Below are positions 38,829 through 47,909 of a stretch of 64,000 nucleotides of DNA, one piece after another; the stretch's first letter is position 1; each line of letters opens with the position of its first letter. A program made the position numbers and the translations under genes. The notes beneath the pieces were generated by a model. That model saw nothing but the letters and a program-made list of their open reading frames with translations. It was not told the origin of the DNA and did no database searches. The stretch comes from an uncultured delta proteobacterium (GTDB lineage Bacteria > Myxococcota > Myxococcia > Myxococcales > Myxococcaceae). Where the stretch lies: positions 160,001 to 224,000 of the forward strand of contig CAVZMH010000016.1 of the NCBI GenBank assembly GCA_963776345.1. Reading direction: 5' to 3'.

Positions 38829-38844
38829 TAGGGTCCGGCGCGAC

Positions 38845-39666
38845 ATGCGCACCCTCCAGGGAAAGACGCTCTTCATCACCGGCGCGAGCCGCGGCATCGG
38901 TCTGGCCATCGCCCTCCGGGCCGCCCGTGACGGCGCCAACGTCGCCATCGCCGCCAAGACCACCGAGCCGCATCCCAAGCTACCGGGCACCCTGTACACG
39001 GCGGCCGAGGAGATCGAGAAGGCCGGGGGGCGCGCGCTCCCCTGCGTGGTGGACATCCGCTTCGAGGATCAGGTGGTCGCGGCGGTGGCGAAGACGGTGC
39101 AGACCTTCGGGGGCATCGACATCCTGGTGAACAACGCCAGCGCCATCCACCTCTCGGGGACGGTTCAGACCCCGATGAAGAAGTGGGACCTGATGCACGG
39201 GATCAACGTCCGGGGCACCTTCCTCTGCTCCCAGGCCTGCATCCCGCACCTCCTGAAGTCGAAGAACCCGCACATCCTCAACAACTCGCCGCCGCTCAGC
39301 CTCGACGCGCGCTGGTTCGCGCCCCACGTCGCCTACTCGCTGGCCAAGTTCGGGATGAGCTTCTGCGCCCTGGCTATGGCCGAGGAGTTCCGGGACGAGG
39401 GCATCGCGGTCAACACCCTCTGGCCGAAGACGGTCATCGCCACCGCCGCGGTCCAGAACCTCCTCGGCGGCGACGACACGGTCCGGGGCAGCCGGAAGCC
39501 GGAGATCATGGCCGACGCGGCGCACGCCATCCTCACCAGGCCGAGCCGCGAGTTCACCGGCAACTTCTGCGTGGACGAGGACGTGCTCCGGGGCGAGGGA
39601 GTGACCGACTTCTCCCGGTACGCCACCGACCCCGGTGCCGAGCTGATCCCCGACTTCTTCCTGTAG
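38845..39666 (+). CDS. Short-chain dehydrogenase/reductase (HSDL2-like)
   Basis: TGASRGIG, KTTEPHPKLPGT, NNASAI, YSLAK. Confidence 0.94.
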   Translation: MRTLQGKTLFITGASRGIGLAIALRAARDGANVAIAAKTTEPHPKLPGTLYTAAEEIEKAGGRALPCVVDIRFEDQVVAAVAKTVQTFGGIDILVNNASAIHLSGTVQTPMKKWDLMHGINVRGTFLCSQACIPHLLKSKNPHILNNSPPLSLDARWFAPHVAYSLAKFGMSFCALAMAEEFRDEGIAVNTLWPKTVIATAAVQNLLGGDDTVRGSRKPEIMADAAHAILTRPSREFTGNFCVDEDVLRGEGVTDFSRYATDPGAELIPDFFL

Positions 39667-39677
39667 GGGGCGTCACC

Positions 39678-40892
39678 ATGGACTTCAGCATCCCGTCCCG
39701 CGTCGCCGAGCTCCTCCCCTCCATCCGGACCTTCGTCACCGAGCGGATCCAGCCGCTGGAGCGGCGAATGTCCGACGGCTGGGCGGCGCTCGAGCCCGAG
39801 CTGGAGCGCGTGCGCCGCGAGGTGAAGGAGCGCGGCTGGTGGGCGCCGCACTTCCACCGGGAGCACGGGGGGATGGGGCTCTCCCTCATGGAGTTCGCCT
39901 TCGTCAGCGAGGAGCTGGGGCGGACGCCGCTCGGCCACTACAGCTTCCATTGCCAGGCGCCGGACGTGGGGAACATGGAGATCCTCGCCGAGTTCGGCAC
40001 CCCGGAGCAGAAGCGCGCGTGGCTCGAGCCACTCGCCGCCGGACGCATCCGCAGCTGCTTCTCGATGACCGAGCCCGAGATGCCCGGGTCCAACCCTGCC
40101 TGGATGGGGACCCGGGGCCGGCTCGAGGACGACCGCTGGATCATCGACGGGCGGAAGTGGTTCACCACCGCCGCCGAGGGCGCGGCGTTCGCCATCGTCA
40201 TGGCGGTGACCGACCCGGAGCAGCCCAACGTCTACACCCGGGCGAGCCAGATCATCGTCCCGATGGACACGCCCGGGGTGCGCCTGGTCCGCAACATCTC
40301 GGTGATGGGCGAGGCGGGCGGTGGCTGGGCCTCCCACGGGGAGATCTCGTACGAGAACGTCCGCGTCCCGGCGGTCAACCTGCTCGGCGAGCGCGGCGCC
40401 GGGTTCGTCATCGCCCAGGCCCGGCTCGGTCCGGGGCGCATTCACCACTGCATGCGGTGGATCGGCATCTGCCAGCGCGCGTTCGAGCTGCTCTGCGACC
40501 GGGCGGTGTCCCGCGAGCTGTCCCCCGGCCGACCGCTGGGGCTCAAGGGCACCATCCAGCAGTGGATCGCCGAGAGCCGGGCGGAGATCGACGCCGCACG
40601 CCTCCTCGTGCTGCACGCCGCCTGGCGCATTGACGGGGATGGGGCCTACGCCGCGCGCGACGACATCTCGATGATCAAGTTCGTGGTCGCGAACACTCTC
40701 TTCCGGGTGCTCGACCGCGCCATCCAGGCCCACGGCGCGCTCGGCATCACCGACGACACCCCGCTGGCCTGGTGGTTCCGGCACGAGCGCGGCGCGCGCA
40801 TCTACGACGGCCCGGACGAGGTCCACCAGGCGTCGGTGGCGCGCCACATCCTCCGCGCGCGCGGGCTCCCGGACCGGCGCGGCGGGGCCTGA
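39678..40892 (+). CDS. Acyl-CoA dehydrogenase (ACAD10/11-, LvaC-like)
   Basis: CQAPDVGNMEIL, FSMTEPE, GRKWF, AQARLGPGRIHHCMR, AIQAHGA.G, RIYDGPDEVH. Confidence 0.95.
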   Translation: MDFSIPSRVAELLPSIRTFVTERIQPLERRMSDGWAALEPELERVRREVKERGWWAPHFHREHGGMGLSLMEFAFVSEELGRTPLGHYSFHCQAPDVGNMEILAEFGTPEQKRAWLEPLAAGRIRSCFSMTEPEMPGSNPAWMGTRGRLEDDRWIIDGRKWFTTAAEGAAFAIVMAVTDPEQPNVYTRASQIIVPMDTPGVRLVRNISVMGEAGGGWASHGEISYENVRVPAVNLLGERGAGFVIAQARLGPGRIHHCMRWIGICQRAFELLCDRAVSRELSPGRPLGLKGTIQQWIAESRAEIDAARLLVLHAAWRIDGDGAYAARDDISMIKFVVANTLFRVLDRAIQAHGALGITDDTPLAWWFRHERGARIYDGPDEVHQASVARHILRARGLPDRRGGA

Positions 40893-40893
40893 G

Positions 40894-41983
40894 GTGTCCA
40901 CGCTGGACCCCACCCGCCCGGCGCGGGCCGGCGAGGAGCTGGACCCCCAGGCGCTCCGCCGCGTCCTTGACCGACACGCCCCCGAGCTGAAGGGGCCGGT
41001 GCTGGTGGAGCAGTTCCCCAAGGGCCACTCGAACCTCACCTACCTCTTGAGGGTGGGCGGCACCGAGCTCGTGCTCCGCCGGCCCCCGAAGGGTGCCAAG
41101 CAGATCAAGGCCGGGCACGACATGCGCCGCGAGTACACGGTGCTGAGCAGGCTCCGGACCGTCTGGCCGAAGGTGCCGCGCACCCTCTTCTTCGTGCCCG
41201 AGGAGGAGTCTCCGTTCGACGCCCAGTTCTACGTGATGGAGCGCGTCCAGGGGCTCATCCTCCGGGGGACGAAGCTCCCGCCGGGGGTCGCGCTCGACGC
41301 GGCCGGGATGCGCGCCGTGTCCGAGACCGTGGTGGACACGCTGGTGGAGCTACACGCGGTGGACCCGGCGGCAGCCGGGCTGGACGAGTTCGGACGTCCC
41401 CAGGGCTACGTCCAGCGGCAGGTCGCCGGGTGGACCGAGCGCTACGCCCGCGCGCGGACCGACGACGTGCCGGACATGGAGCGGCTCGCGGGGTGGCTCG
41501 CGGCGCACCTCCCGCCGGACCGTCCGGGGACGATCATCCACAACGACTTCAAGTACGACAACGTGGTGCTCGACCCGGCGCGGCCCACGGACGGTCCGGG
41601 CGGTGCTCGACTGGGAGATGTCCACGCTCGGCGATCCGCTGTCGGATCTGGGGATGACGCTGGCGTACTGGTTCGAGCCCGGCGAGGCGGAGAGGGTCGG
41701 CCCGGCGGCGTTCGGGCCGACCGCGCTCCCGGGGAACCTCACCCGTGCGGAGATCGTCCAGCGCTACGCCGCTCGCAGCGGCCGCGCGGTGGACGACGTG
41801 GTGTTCTATTACGTGCTCGGGCTGTTCAAGGTCGCGGTCATCGCCCAGCAGATCTACTTCCGCTACCGGCAGGGCCTGACCCAGGACGAGCGCTTCGCCG
41901 GGCTCGGCGTCGCCGTGGCGCTGCTGGCGCAGGTCGCGGTCCGGGCGGTGGACCGCAACCGGATCAGCGAGCTCCTCGACTGA
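40894..41983 (+). CDS. APH-family phosphotransferase (ACAD10/11 kinase-, LvaA-like); frameshift near 41593
   Basis: [33 protein letters not shown], then [17 protein letters not shown] in the next frame. Confidence 0.9.
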
Positions 41984-42011
41984 GCGGGGAGGCTGAATCT
42001 GGCGCCCCGCC

Positions 42012-43394
42012 TCAGGCGGAGTCGCTCTCGCGCAGCTGGACCGCGCAGCCGATCTGCAGCTCGAAACGCCCGCGGCGTACCGGACGGATCTGCACCTCGG
42101 GGCACTTCTCCTCCAGCCGCTTCCTCAGGAGGATCAGCCGCGATTCGAGGTTGTCTCGCAGCTCGGGGAGCCCGAGCGAGTCGTCGAGCCGGAGCTCGCG
42201 GTTGCTGAACTCGGTCCGCCCGTTCTCGGCGTGGGCCCGGAGCAGCTTCCAGAGGATCTTCGCCGGGATGTTCCGGATCAGGTACTCGCCGTCGACGAAG
42301 ATGCAATCGTCGTTGCGGAACATCTGGAACACCCGCGTTCGCGGTCCGGCGCCGGGGGTCCGGCTCTCCTCGGCCGCGCCCGGCGGCAGCTCGGCGTCGT
42401 CGTCCGCGCTGGAGGCCCGGTCGATGCCCAGGGCGATCTGGTTGGCGAGGATGTTGAGGAACGTCTCGGTCCAGGCGTCGAACGCGATCGCCTCCCGGCT
42501 CTCCAGCGCCAGCACGCCCACCAGCCGGTCTCCGACCAGCAGCGGGAGCGCGAGCTGGGCCTGTGCGTCGGGCAGCCCGGGCAGAGGGATCTCCGGCGCG
42601 GGCTGGGCGTTGCCGGCGTGCTGCAGCTCGGCGCGGATGGTGCGCCAGTAGCGGAGCTCCGCCCCCACCCCGGCGACCCGCATCGGCCGGCGACGCGCGG
42701 CGACCGTGCCGATCAGTCCCTCGCCGAGGGGGACCTCGGCCCCCACCCCGCCCGAGCCGTACCCGTGGCTGGCGGTGGCGACCAGGTGGCCGCGTTCGTC
42801 GGGGAGGAGCACCATGGAGTGCCGGAAGCCGAGCTGCTCGTCGAGCGCCTGGAGCACGTTCTCCAGCAGCACCTCGAGGCAGCTGGCGCGGTTCACCCGG
42901 TCGGAGATGGCCCGGAGGCTGCGCAGCTCGCGGGCCATCGCGTCGAGCACGCCGGTGGTGGGCTGCGGCCGATCGAGCCGGGGATCGGCGGGGAGGAAGA
43001 ACTCGGTCACCTTCTCCACCGACAGCACCTCGTACACGTCGGCGCAGCGGAGCTTGAACACCCCGAGCATCCCGGTGTGGGAGGCGATGACCTGGAGCCG
43101 CGCCGACATCTCCTCGAACAGCGGGCCCTCGGACTCCGAGTGGTCGAACCGCAGCTGCAGCCGGTACAGGTGGTAGGTGACCGGAGCGAAGACCAGGATG
43201 GTGGCGTGCGGGTTCTCCCGGACGTTGCGCTGGGTCTTGTTGAAGAACTGGTGGGAGAGCGCCACGTGCCGGTCGTCCACCAGATGGACCTGGCTGATCT
43301 CGGTGACGTTGGGCTCGCCCTCGAGCGAGCAGGTGGCCATCATCGCCGGGATGACGCCCTCGAAGCAGGTGGCGATGTCGCGGAGCGCGATCAC
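42012..43394 (-). CDS. Putative one-component regulator: PNPOx-like split barrel - GAF - winged helix
   Basis: CFEGVIP..MATCS..G.PN...SQV...ALS.QFFNKT..N; GAF (GEGLIGTVA, LPLLVGDRLVGVL); C-terminal NRELRLD...NLESRLILLRKRL...GRF. Confidence 0.82.
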   Translation of the reverse strand: MIALRDIATCFEGVIPAMMATCSLEGEPNVTEISQVHLVDDRHVALSHQFFNKTQRNVRENPHATILVFAPVTYHLYRLQLRFDHSESEGPLFEEMSARLQVIASHTGMLGVFKLRCADVYEVLSVEKVTEFFLPADPRLDRPQPTTGVLDAMARELRSLRAISDRVNRASCLEVLLENVLQALDEQLGFRHSMVLLPDERGHLVATASHGYGSGGVGAEVPLGEGLIGTVAARRRPMRVAGVGAELRYWRTIRAELQHAGNAQPAPEIPLPGLPDAQAQLALPLLVGDRLVGVLALESREAIAFDAWTETFLNILANQIALGIDRASSADDDAELPPGAAEESRTPGAGPRTRVFQMFRNDDCIFVDGEYLIRNIPAKILWKLLRAHAENGRTEFSNRELRLDDSLGLPELRDNLESRLILLRKRLEEKCPEVQIRPVRRGRFELQIGCAVQLRESDSA

Positions 43395-43884
43395 GTCCCC
43401 TGCCCCGGCGTCCGCAACGGCCCCTGGAACGGCTGCCCGGCGGCCGGGCCGGGCGTCTGCAGGAACATCGCCTCGATCCGGAACCGCACCGCCTGCGCCG
43501 GCCAGACCTGGGTGCGCATGATGAAGGTGGGAGGAACGCCGAGCGGCTCCAGCATCCGGGCCAGCTGCGCCCGGTAGTGGTCCATCAGCGGGCGCTCCTC
43601 GTCGCGCGCGGCGCGGACCTCGAGGACCGCGCCCTTCAGCTGCACGGACCGGTTGTCCTGGGGGTGGCTGGCCACCAGCGCCAGCCGCCGGTTGCTCTCG
43701 AGGTTCCTCAGGTCGGGCCGGCGGTGGCGGTGGCCAGGAACACCGTGACCTCCCGCCCGCCTTCCTCGATCCGGATCCCGGCCGGTCGGACCACCTCCGG
43801 AACCAGCCGGTCGTCCCGGCTGGCGGCGCCGAGGATGAGGCCAGAGGTGAGGAACTCGCCGAGGGCGGCGTCGATCGAGACCAC
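43391..43884 (-). CDS. Small PNPOx-like (flavin-binding split barrel) protein; frameshift near 43710
   Basis: Manual translation: MVSIDAALGEFL...ASRDDRLVP...VTVFL...T/LRNLESNRRLALVASHPQDNRSVQLKG...QTPGPAAG; one missing C; GTGA overlap with the GAF gene. Confidence 0.75.
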
Positions 43885-43942
43885 GCGCAGCCGGGCGTTC
43901 TACCCCCCGCGGCGCGGAGCTGTCACCCCACCACCCGTGCGG

Positions 43943-44617
43943 TCAGGACCCGATGTCCAGCCCGACCCGCCGGGCGGTGCTCGCCCAGCGCTCCGGGCCG
44001 AGGACCTCGCGCGCCAGCCCCGAGAGCTGAGCGAAGACCGGCGCCGGCATCTGGGCCCGGGCGGCCGAGAGCATGCTCGCCCGCTCCGGCGTGCTCATGG
44101 CCGGGAGCATGAGCCGCATCATCACCGGCATCCGCTCCGGGGGGACGGCGGCGCGGATCCGCGCGTCCATGGCGTCGAGCTCCTCGTCCGTCCGGTGGGC
44201 CCAGAGAACCGCCATGGCCTCGGTCTCCTCCCGGTCCATGTGGCGCAGGTGGTCGGCCACCAGCAGGGTCAGGGCGCGGCCGAGGAGCTGGCCGGCGGCG
44301 TCGCGCTCGGCGGCCACGTCGGAGCGGGTCCGGGGCAGCAGCGCCCGGATCTCGGCCTGGAGGCCCTCGAGCCGCCCGTGGTCCGCCTCGAGCGACGCGA
44401 CGAGCGCCGGGGCGTGAGCGGACAGCTCGGGGAGGACGAACTCCTCCTCGTGGTGAGCGTGCGAGTCCAGGAGGTCGAGCAGGGTCGCCACGGTCCTCGC
44501 GGCGACCTCCGCCTCGCCCTGGTGGGCGAACTCGGTGCGGGCCACCAGGGCGGTGGCGTCGAACATCGCGGCGCGGAGCGCCTTGTGGATGGGCAGGAAA
44601 CGGTTCGGTCGGTTCAT
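43943..44617 (-). CDS. Hemerythrin-like domain protein
   Basis: IHKALR ... HAHHEE ... DH ... HMDREE metal-ligand pattern. Confidence 0.88.
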   Translation of the reverse strand: MNRPNRFLPIHKALRAAMFDATALVARTEFAHQGEAEVAARTVATLLDLLDSHAHHEEEFVLPELSAHAPALVASLEADHGRLEGLQAEIRALLPRTRSDVAAERDAAGQLLGRALTLLVADHLRHMDREETEAMAVLWAHRTDEELDAMDARIRAAVPPERMPVMMRLMLPAMSTPERASMLSAARAQMPAPVFAQLSGLAREVLGPERWASTARRVGLDIGS

Positions 44618-44654
44618 GACCGAACCATGTGCCAGCTCCGGGGGCGTCCCGGAG

Positions 44655-44681
44655 CCTAAGACTTCCCTAATTCGGTCCTAC
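44655..44681 (-). promoter_or_regulatory. Three direct repeats at 11-bp period upstream of the hemerythrin operon; candidate wHTH operator
   Basis: CCTAA (44655), CCTAA (44666), CCTAC (44677) in an AT-richer patch. Confidence 0.55.
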
Positions 44682-44718
44682 CGACCGACCGAGCCGGCCC
44701 GCGCGAGCGGACCGAACG

Positions 44719-45846
44719 CTAGAAACGGGCCCGGAAGCCCACCGCGACGCGCCCCGAGAGCACCAGCGCGCTGGTCTCGGTCGACGGGCTCGAGGGGTCC
44801 TCCAGGAGATCCCACTGGGCGCTTCCGGAGACCCAGACCGTCCAGGTCGGGCCGATGCGCAGCGTGACCCGCAGGCCGGCCACCTGGGCCTGACCCAGCC
44901 CGGACGCGTACTGGAGGAACTGGTACCAGGGGCCGAGGCTCCACCTGCCGACCCGCTGCTCGAGGTTGGGGCTGATGGACCAGCGCACCGGGGCGAGCGG
45001 GAACCCGGCACCGAGCGAGTCGGCGGCCGCCGCGTTCGCCCGCGCAGTGAAGAACACCGCCGCCGCCGGATCCTGGTCGTAGCCGTAGTAGCTGCCGCTC
45101 AGACCGAGGTCGGTGTTCGGTCCCAGTGGCTGGAGCAGCGAGAGCGAGACGCTGAGCTGGTTGAGGCTGTCCTCGCCGCCCTTCAGGTAGGGCGCGAGGA
45201 TCCGGCAGCCCCGGCTCGTGGGCACCAGGCGGCACAGCGCCAGGAGGGCGCTCCGGCTCACCGGCTGCTGGTTGGCGCTGACGATGGCATCGACGCGCTG
45301 CTGGGTGGTGAGCAGGGTCCAGCCGAGACTCAGGTCGATGACCAGTCCCCCGATCACCGTCCCGAGGAACTCGTTTCCGCCGACGACGAACGTGACTCCG
45401 CCCATCACCCCCACGCTCGAGCTGGCGTTGAACAGCAGCACGTCCGTCGGGGGGAGCTCGAGACCGCCCGGGGTGACGAGCGGCAGGGCCGCGTCGAAGG
45501 TCTGGCTCGCCCGGGGCGACGCGGAGGCGTCCAGGTAGACGGTGACGCGCGGAGAGGTGTCCCACTCCAGCCCGCCCACCGCGGTGAGGATCTGCGCGCT
45601 GCTGGAGCCGAACGCCGCGCCCGTGGCCGGGGGCGTCTCGGTGTCGTAGGTGTACGTGCCGCCGATCTTCAGGCTCCAGTCCTGGTCGAGGTCGAAGCGA
45701 AAGGTCAGCTGGTCGGCCACGTGCGGGCCGTGAGGCGAGGCCGGGGTGTTCTCGCTCAACCCCAGCGCCAGCTCGTTGCTGACCGAGTGCGCCCGGACCG
45801 GACTGGCGACGAGCAACAGGAGCACCAGCAGCCGTCGGACGCGCAT
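44719..45846 (-). CDS. Putative outer-membrane beta-barrel protein
   Basis: Signal peptide (..ASPVRA); amphipathic strands; C-terminal VAVGFRARF. Confidence 0.7.
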   Translation of the reverse strand: MRVRRLLVLLLLVASPVRAHSVSNELALGLSENTPASPHGPHVADQLTFRFDLDQDWSLKIGGTYTYDTETPPATGAAFGSSSAQILTAVGGLEWDTSPRVTVYLDASASPRASQTFDAALPLVTPGGLELPPTDVLLFNASSSVGVMGGVTFVVGGNEFLGTVIGGLVIDLSLGWTLLTTQQRVDAIVSANQQPVSRSALLALCRLVPTSRGCRILAPYLKGGEDSLNQLSVSLSLLQPLGPNTDLGLSGSYYGYDQDPAAAVFFTARANAAAADSLGAGFPLAPVRWSISPNLEQRVGRWSLGPWYQFLQYASGLGQAQVAGLRVTLRIGPTWTVWVSGSAQWDLLEDPSSPSTETSALVLSGRVAVGFRARF

Positions 45847-45992
45847 CACCGGACCCCGCAAGGTTGCACAGGAAGGATGGAACCCGGGAAGTGGGTCCCA
45901 GGTCTCGCCGGCGAGTGGCGGGTGGGGGTGGGTGGGAGGCGACGCCCCGAAGTTGTGCCGCGCCCCCACCCGCGCTACTGATGGAGGTGATC

Positions 45993-46372
45993 GTGACCCG
46001 CGCCGTGCTCAGCGCCGTGCTGCTCCTCGCCGTCGTCGCCCAGGCGGCGAGCGCGGTGCATGCGGCGGCGTGTCCCGATGATCGCCCGCGCCGCCAGCGT
46101 GGAGCAGTCGGGGTGCGAGCACTGCCCTCCTCCGGCGCCTGACGTCACCCTTCGGCCTGCCCTGCCCGAGTGCTGCGCCCTCCACGCGGCGACGGTCGAG
46201 ACGCCGGTGTCCGAGCCGGTCCGTGCGTCGCATCCCGCCTCCAGCGTGGCGCTCGCTCCACCGCGCGTCGTCGCCAGCCCGGTGGCCGTGCCGCTCGCTC
46301 GCTGCCGCGGTGCCCGCGTCGCACGCGCCCGCCCCGCCGCCGCCTCCCAGGAACCTCCCGCTGCTCTCGTGA
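45993..46372 (+). CDS. Exported Cys-rich, Pro-tailed leader protein upstream of the metal efflux operon; two apparent indels (about 46075, about 46300)
   Basis: Reconstructed MTRAVLSAVLLLAVVAQAASAVHAAACPM...GCEHCPPP...PECCALH...HAPAPPPPPRNLPLLS*; alternative ATG at 45981. Confidence 0.55.
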
Positions 46373-46506
46373 GAACGGGGCGCCGCTCCCGGCGCTCCGT
46401 CCCTCCCCTCGGCGTGGATATCCGCCGCGGGGCCCGTCCTCCGTGACCGCCCGACCGCGGCGAGCCCCGGACGTCGTCTCACTCCCCAGCCCGCGGAGGC
46501 TCCGCC

Positions 46507-47898
46507 GTGCCCTCGCTCCTCTGTCTCGTCGTGCTCCAGCTCACCCGGGCCACACCCGGGGACAGCGCCGTTCCCACCCTCCTCGAGTCCGGTCCGCCGG
46601 ATCCGGTCCTCTCCGCGCTGGTCGCCGACACGCTGGCCCGGAGCCCGGATCACGCCCGCGCCCAGGCCGAGGTCTCCGCCGAGCGCGAACGCGTGCCCCA
46701 GGCCGGCGCCCTGGCCGACCCGACGCTGGTCCTCGGCATCCAGAACGATGGCTTCAAGGGCATCCAGATCGGCGTCGAGCCGACCAGCTTCTGGCAGGTG
46801 CTGATCAACGTCCCCCTCTCCTGGCCGGGAAAGCGCGGCTTCCGGGAGGACGCGGCCGCGGCGCGGGTCACCGTCGCCGAGGCGGCGCTGCAGCGGGTGC
46901 GGCTGACGCTGCTCGGCGAGGTGGAGCGGGCCTACCTCGACCTCCGCCTGGTCCGGGGTCAGCTCGCGCTCCAGGGTCGGCTGGAGTCGCTCTGGCAGCA
47001 GGCCGAGGAGATCGCCCGCGCCCGGTACCAGGTGGGGGAGGCGCCCCAGTCCGACCTGCTGCGGGCGCAGCTCGAGCGGACCCGGCTGCGGCTCCAGCGG
47101 CTGGCGCTCGAGGCCGGCGAGCGGGCCGCGCTCCAGGAGCTCAACCGGCTCCGGGTCCATCCGCTGGACGAGCCCATCGACACCCCGGTCTCGCTGGTCG
47201 ATTCGCGGCCCGGCCCCCTTGCCGCAGCGGAGCTCCTGCTGGCCGACGCCGAGGCCCGGAGCCCCGACCTGGCGCTCGCCGCCCAGAGCGCGGTCGTGGC
47301 CGAGGCGAAGGTGAAGAGCGCCTACCGTGAACGCTGGCCGGATCTCTCGGTCACCGCGGCGATCATGCCCCGCGGCGGGCTCGAGCCGATGTGGGCGGCG
47401 AGCGTCGGTCTCTCGCTGCCCATCTACTGGTGGGACAAGGGCTCGCGCGCGGTGAACGAGGCCGAGCACACGCGGACGGCCGAGCAGCAGGGCGCCGAGG
47501 CGGTGCGCCAGCTGCTCGCGCTGCGCACCCGCGAACGCCACACCGCGCTGTCGGCGGTTCTCGACGCGCTCGAGGTGTACCGCCACGGCCTGCTGGTCCA
47601 GTCCGACGCCACGGTTCGCTCCACCCTCTTCCAGTACCGGGTGGGCAAGGTTCCCTTCGCCTCGGTGCTGGAGGTGATGCGCGGGCTGGTCACGGACGAG
47701 GGCGGTTACCTCTCGACCCTCGCCGATGCCGAGCGGCTGCTGATCGCCCTGCGCGAGGTCAGCCTGGAGTCGCCGTCCACCGCGGGCGCGGCCTCGTCCG
47801 GAGGCGGCACGGTCCCGGGGGCCTCGGCTCCGAGCGCAGCACGACCCTCCTCCCGAGCGGGCGGTACCCCCGCCCCCGCCTCCGCGCCCGGAATGTGA
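46507..47898 (+). CDS. TolC-family outer-membrane factor of heavy-metal RND efflux
   Basis: QAGALADP.L..G, WPGKR, PDLS, SLPI.W, YRVGK..F..VL; first gene of a CBA triad. Confidence 0.92.
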   Translation: MPSLLCLVVLQLTRATPGDSAVPTLLESGPPDPVLSALVADTLARSPDHARAQAEVSAERERVPQAGALADPTLVLGIQNDGFKGIQIGVEPTSFWQVLINVPLSWPGKRGFREDAAAARVTVAEAALQRVRLTLLGEVERAYLDLRLVRGQLALQGRLESLWQQAEEIARARYQVGEAPQSDLLRAQLERTRLRLQRLALEAGERAALQELNRLRVHPLDEPIDTPVSLVDSRPGPLAAAELLLADAEARSPDLALAAQSAVVAEAKVKSAYRERWPDLSVTAAIMPRGGLEPMWAASVGLSLPIYWWDKGSRAVNEAEHTRTAEQQGAEAVRQLLALRTRERHTALSAVLDALEVYRHGLLVQSDATVRSTLFQYRVGKVPFASVLEVMRGLVTDEGGYLSTLADAERLLIALREVSLESPSTAGAASSGGGTVPGASAPSAARPSSRAGGTPAPASAPGM

Positions 47899-47909
47899 AG
47901 GAGCCCTCC

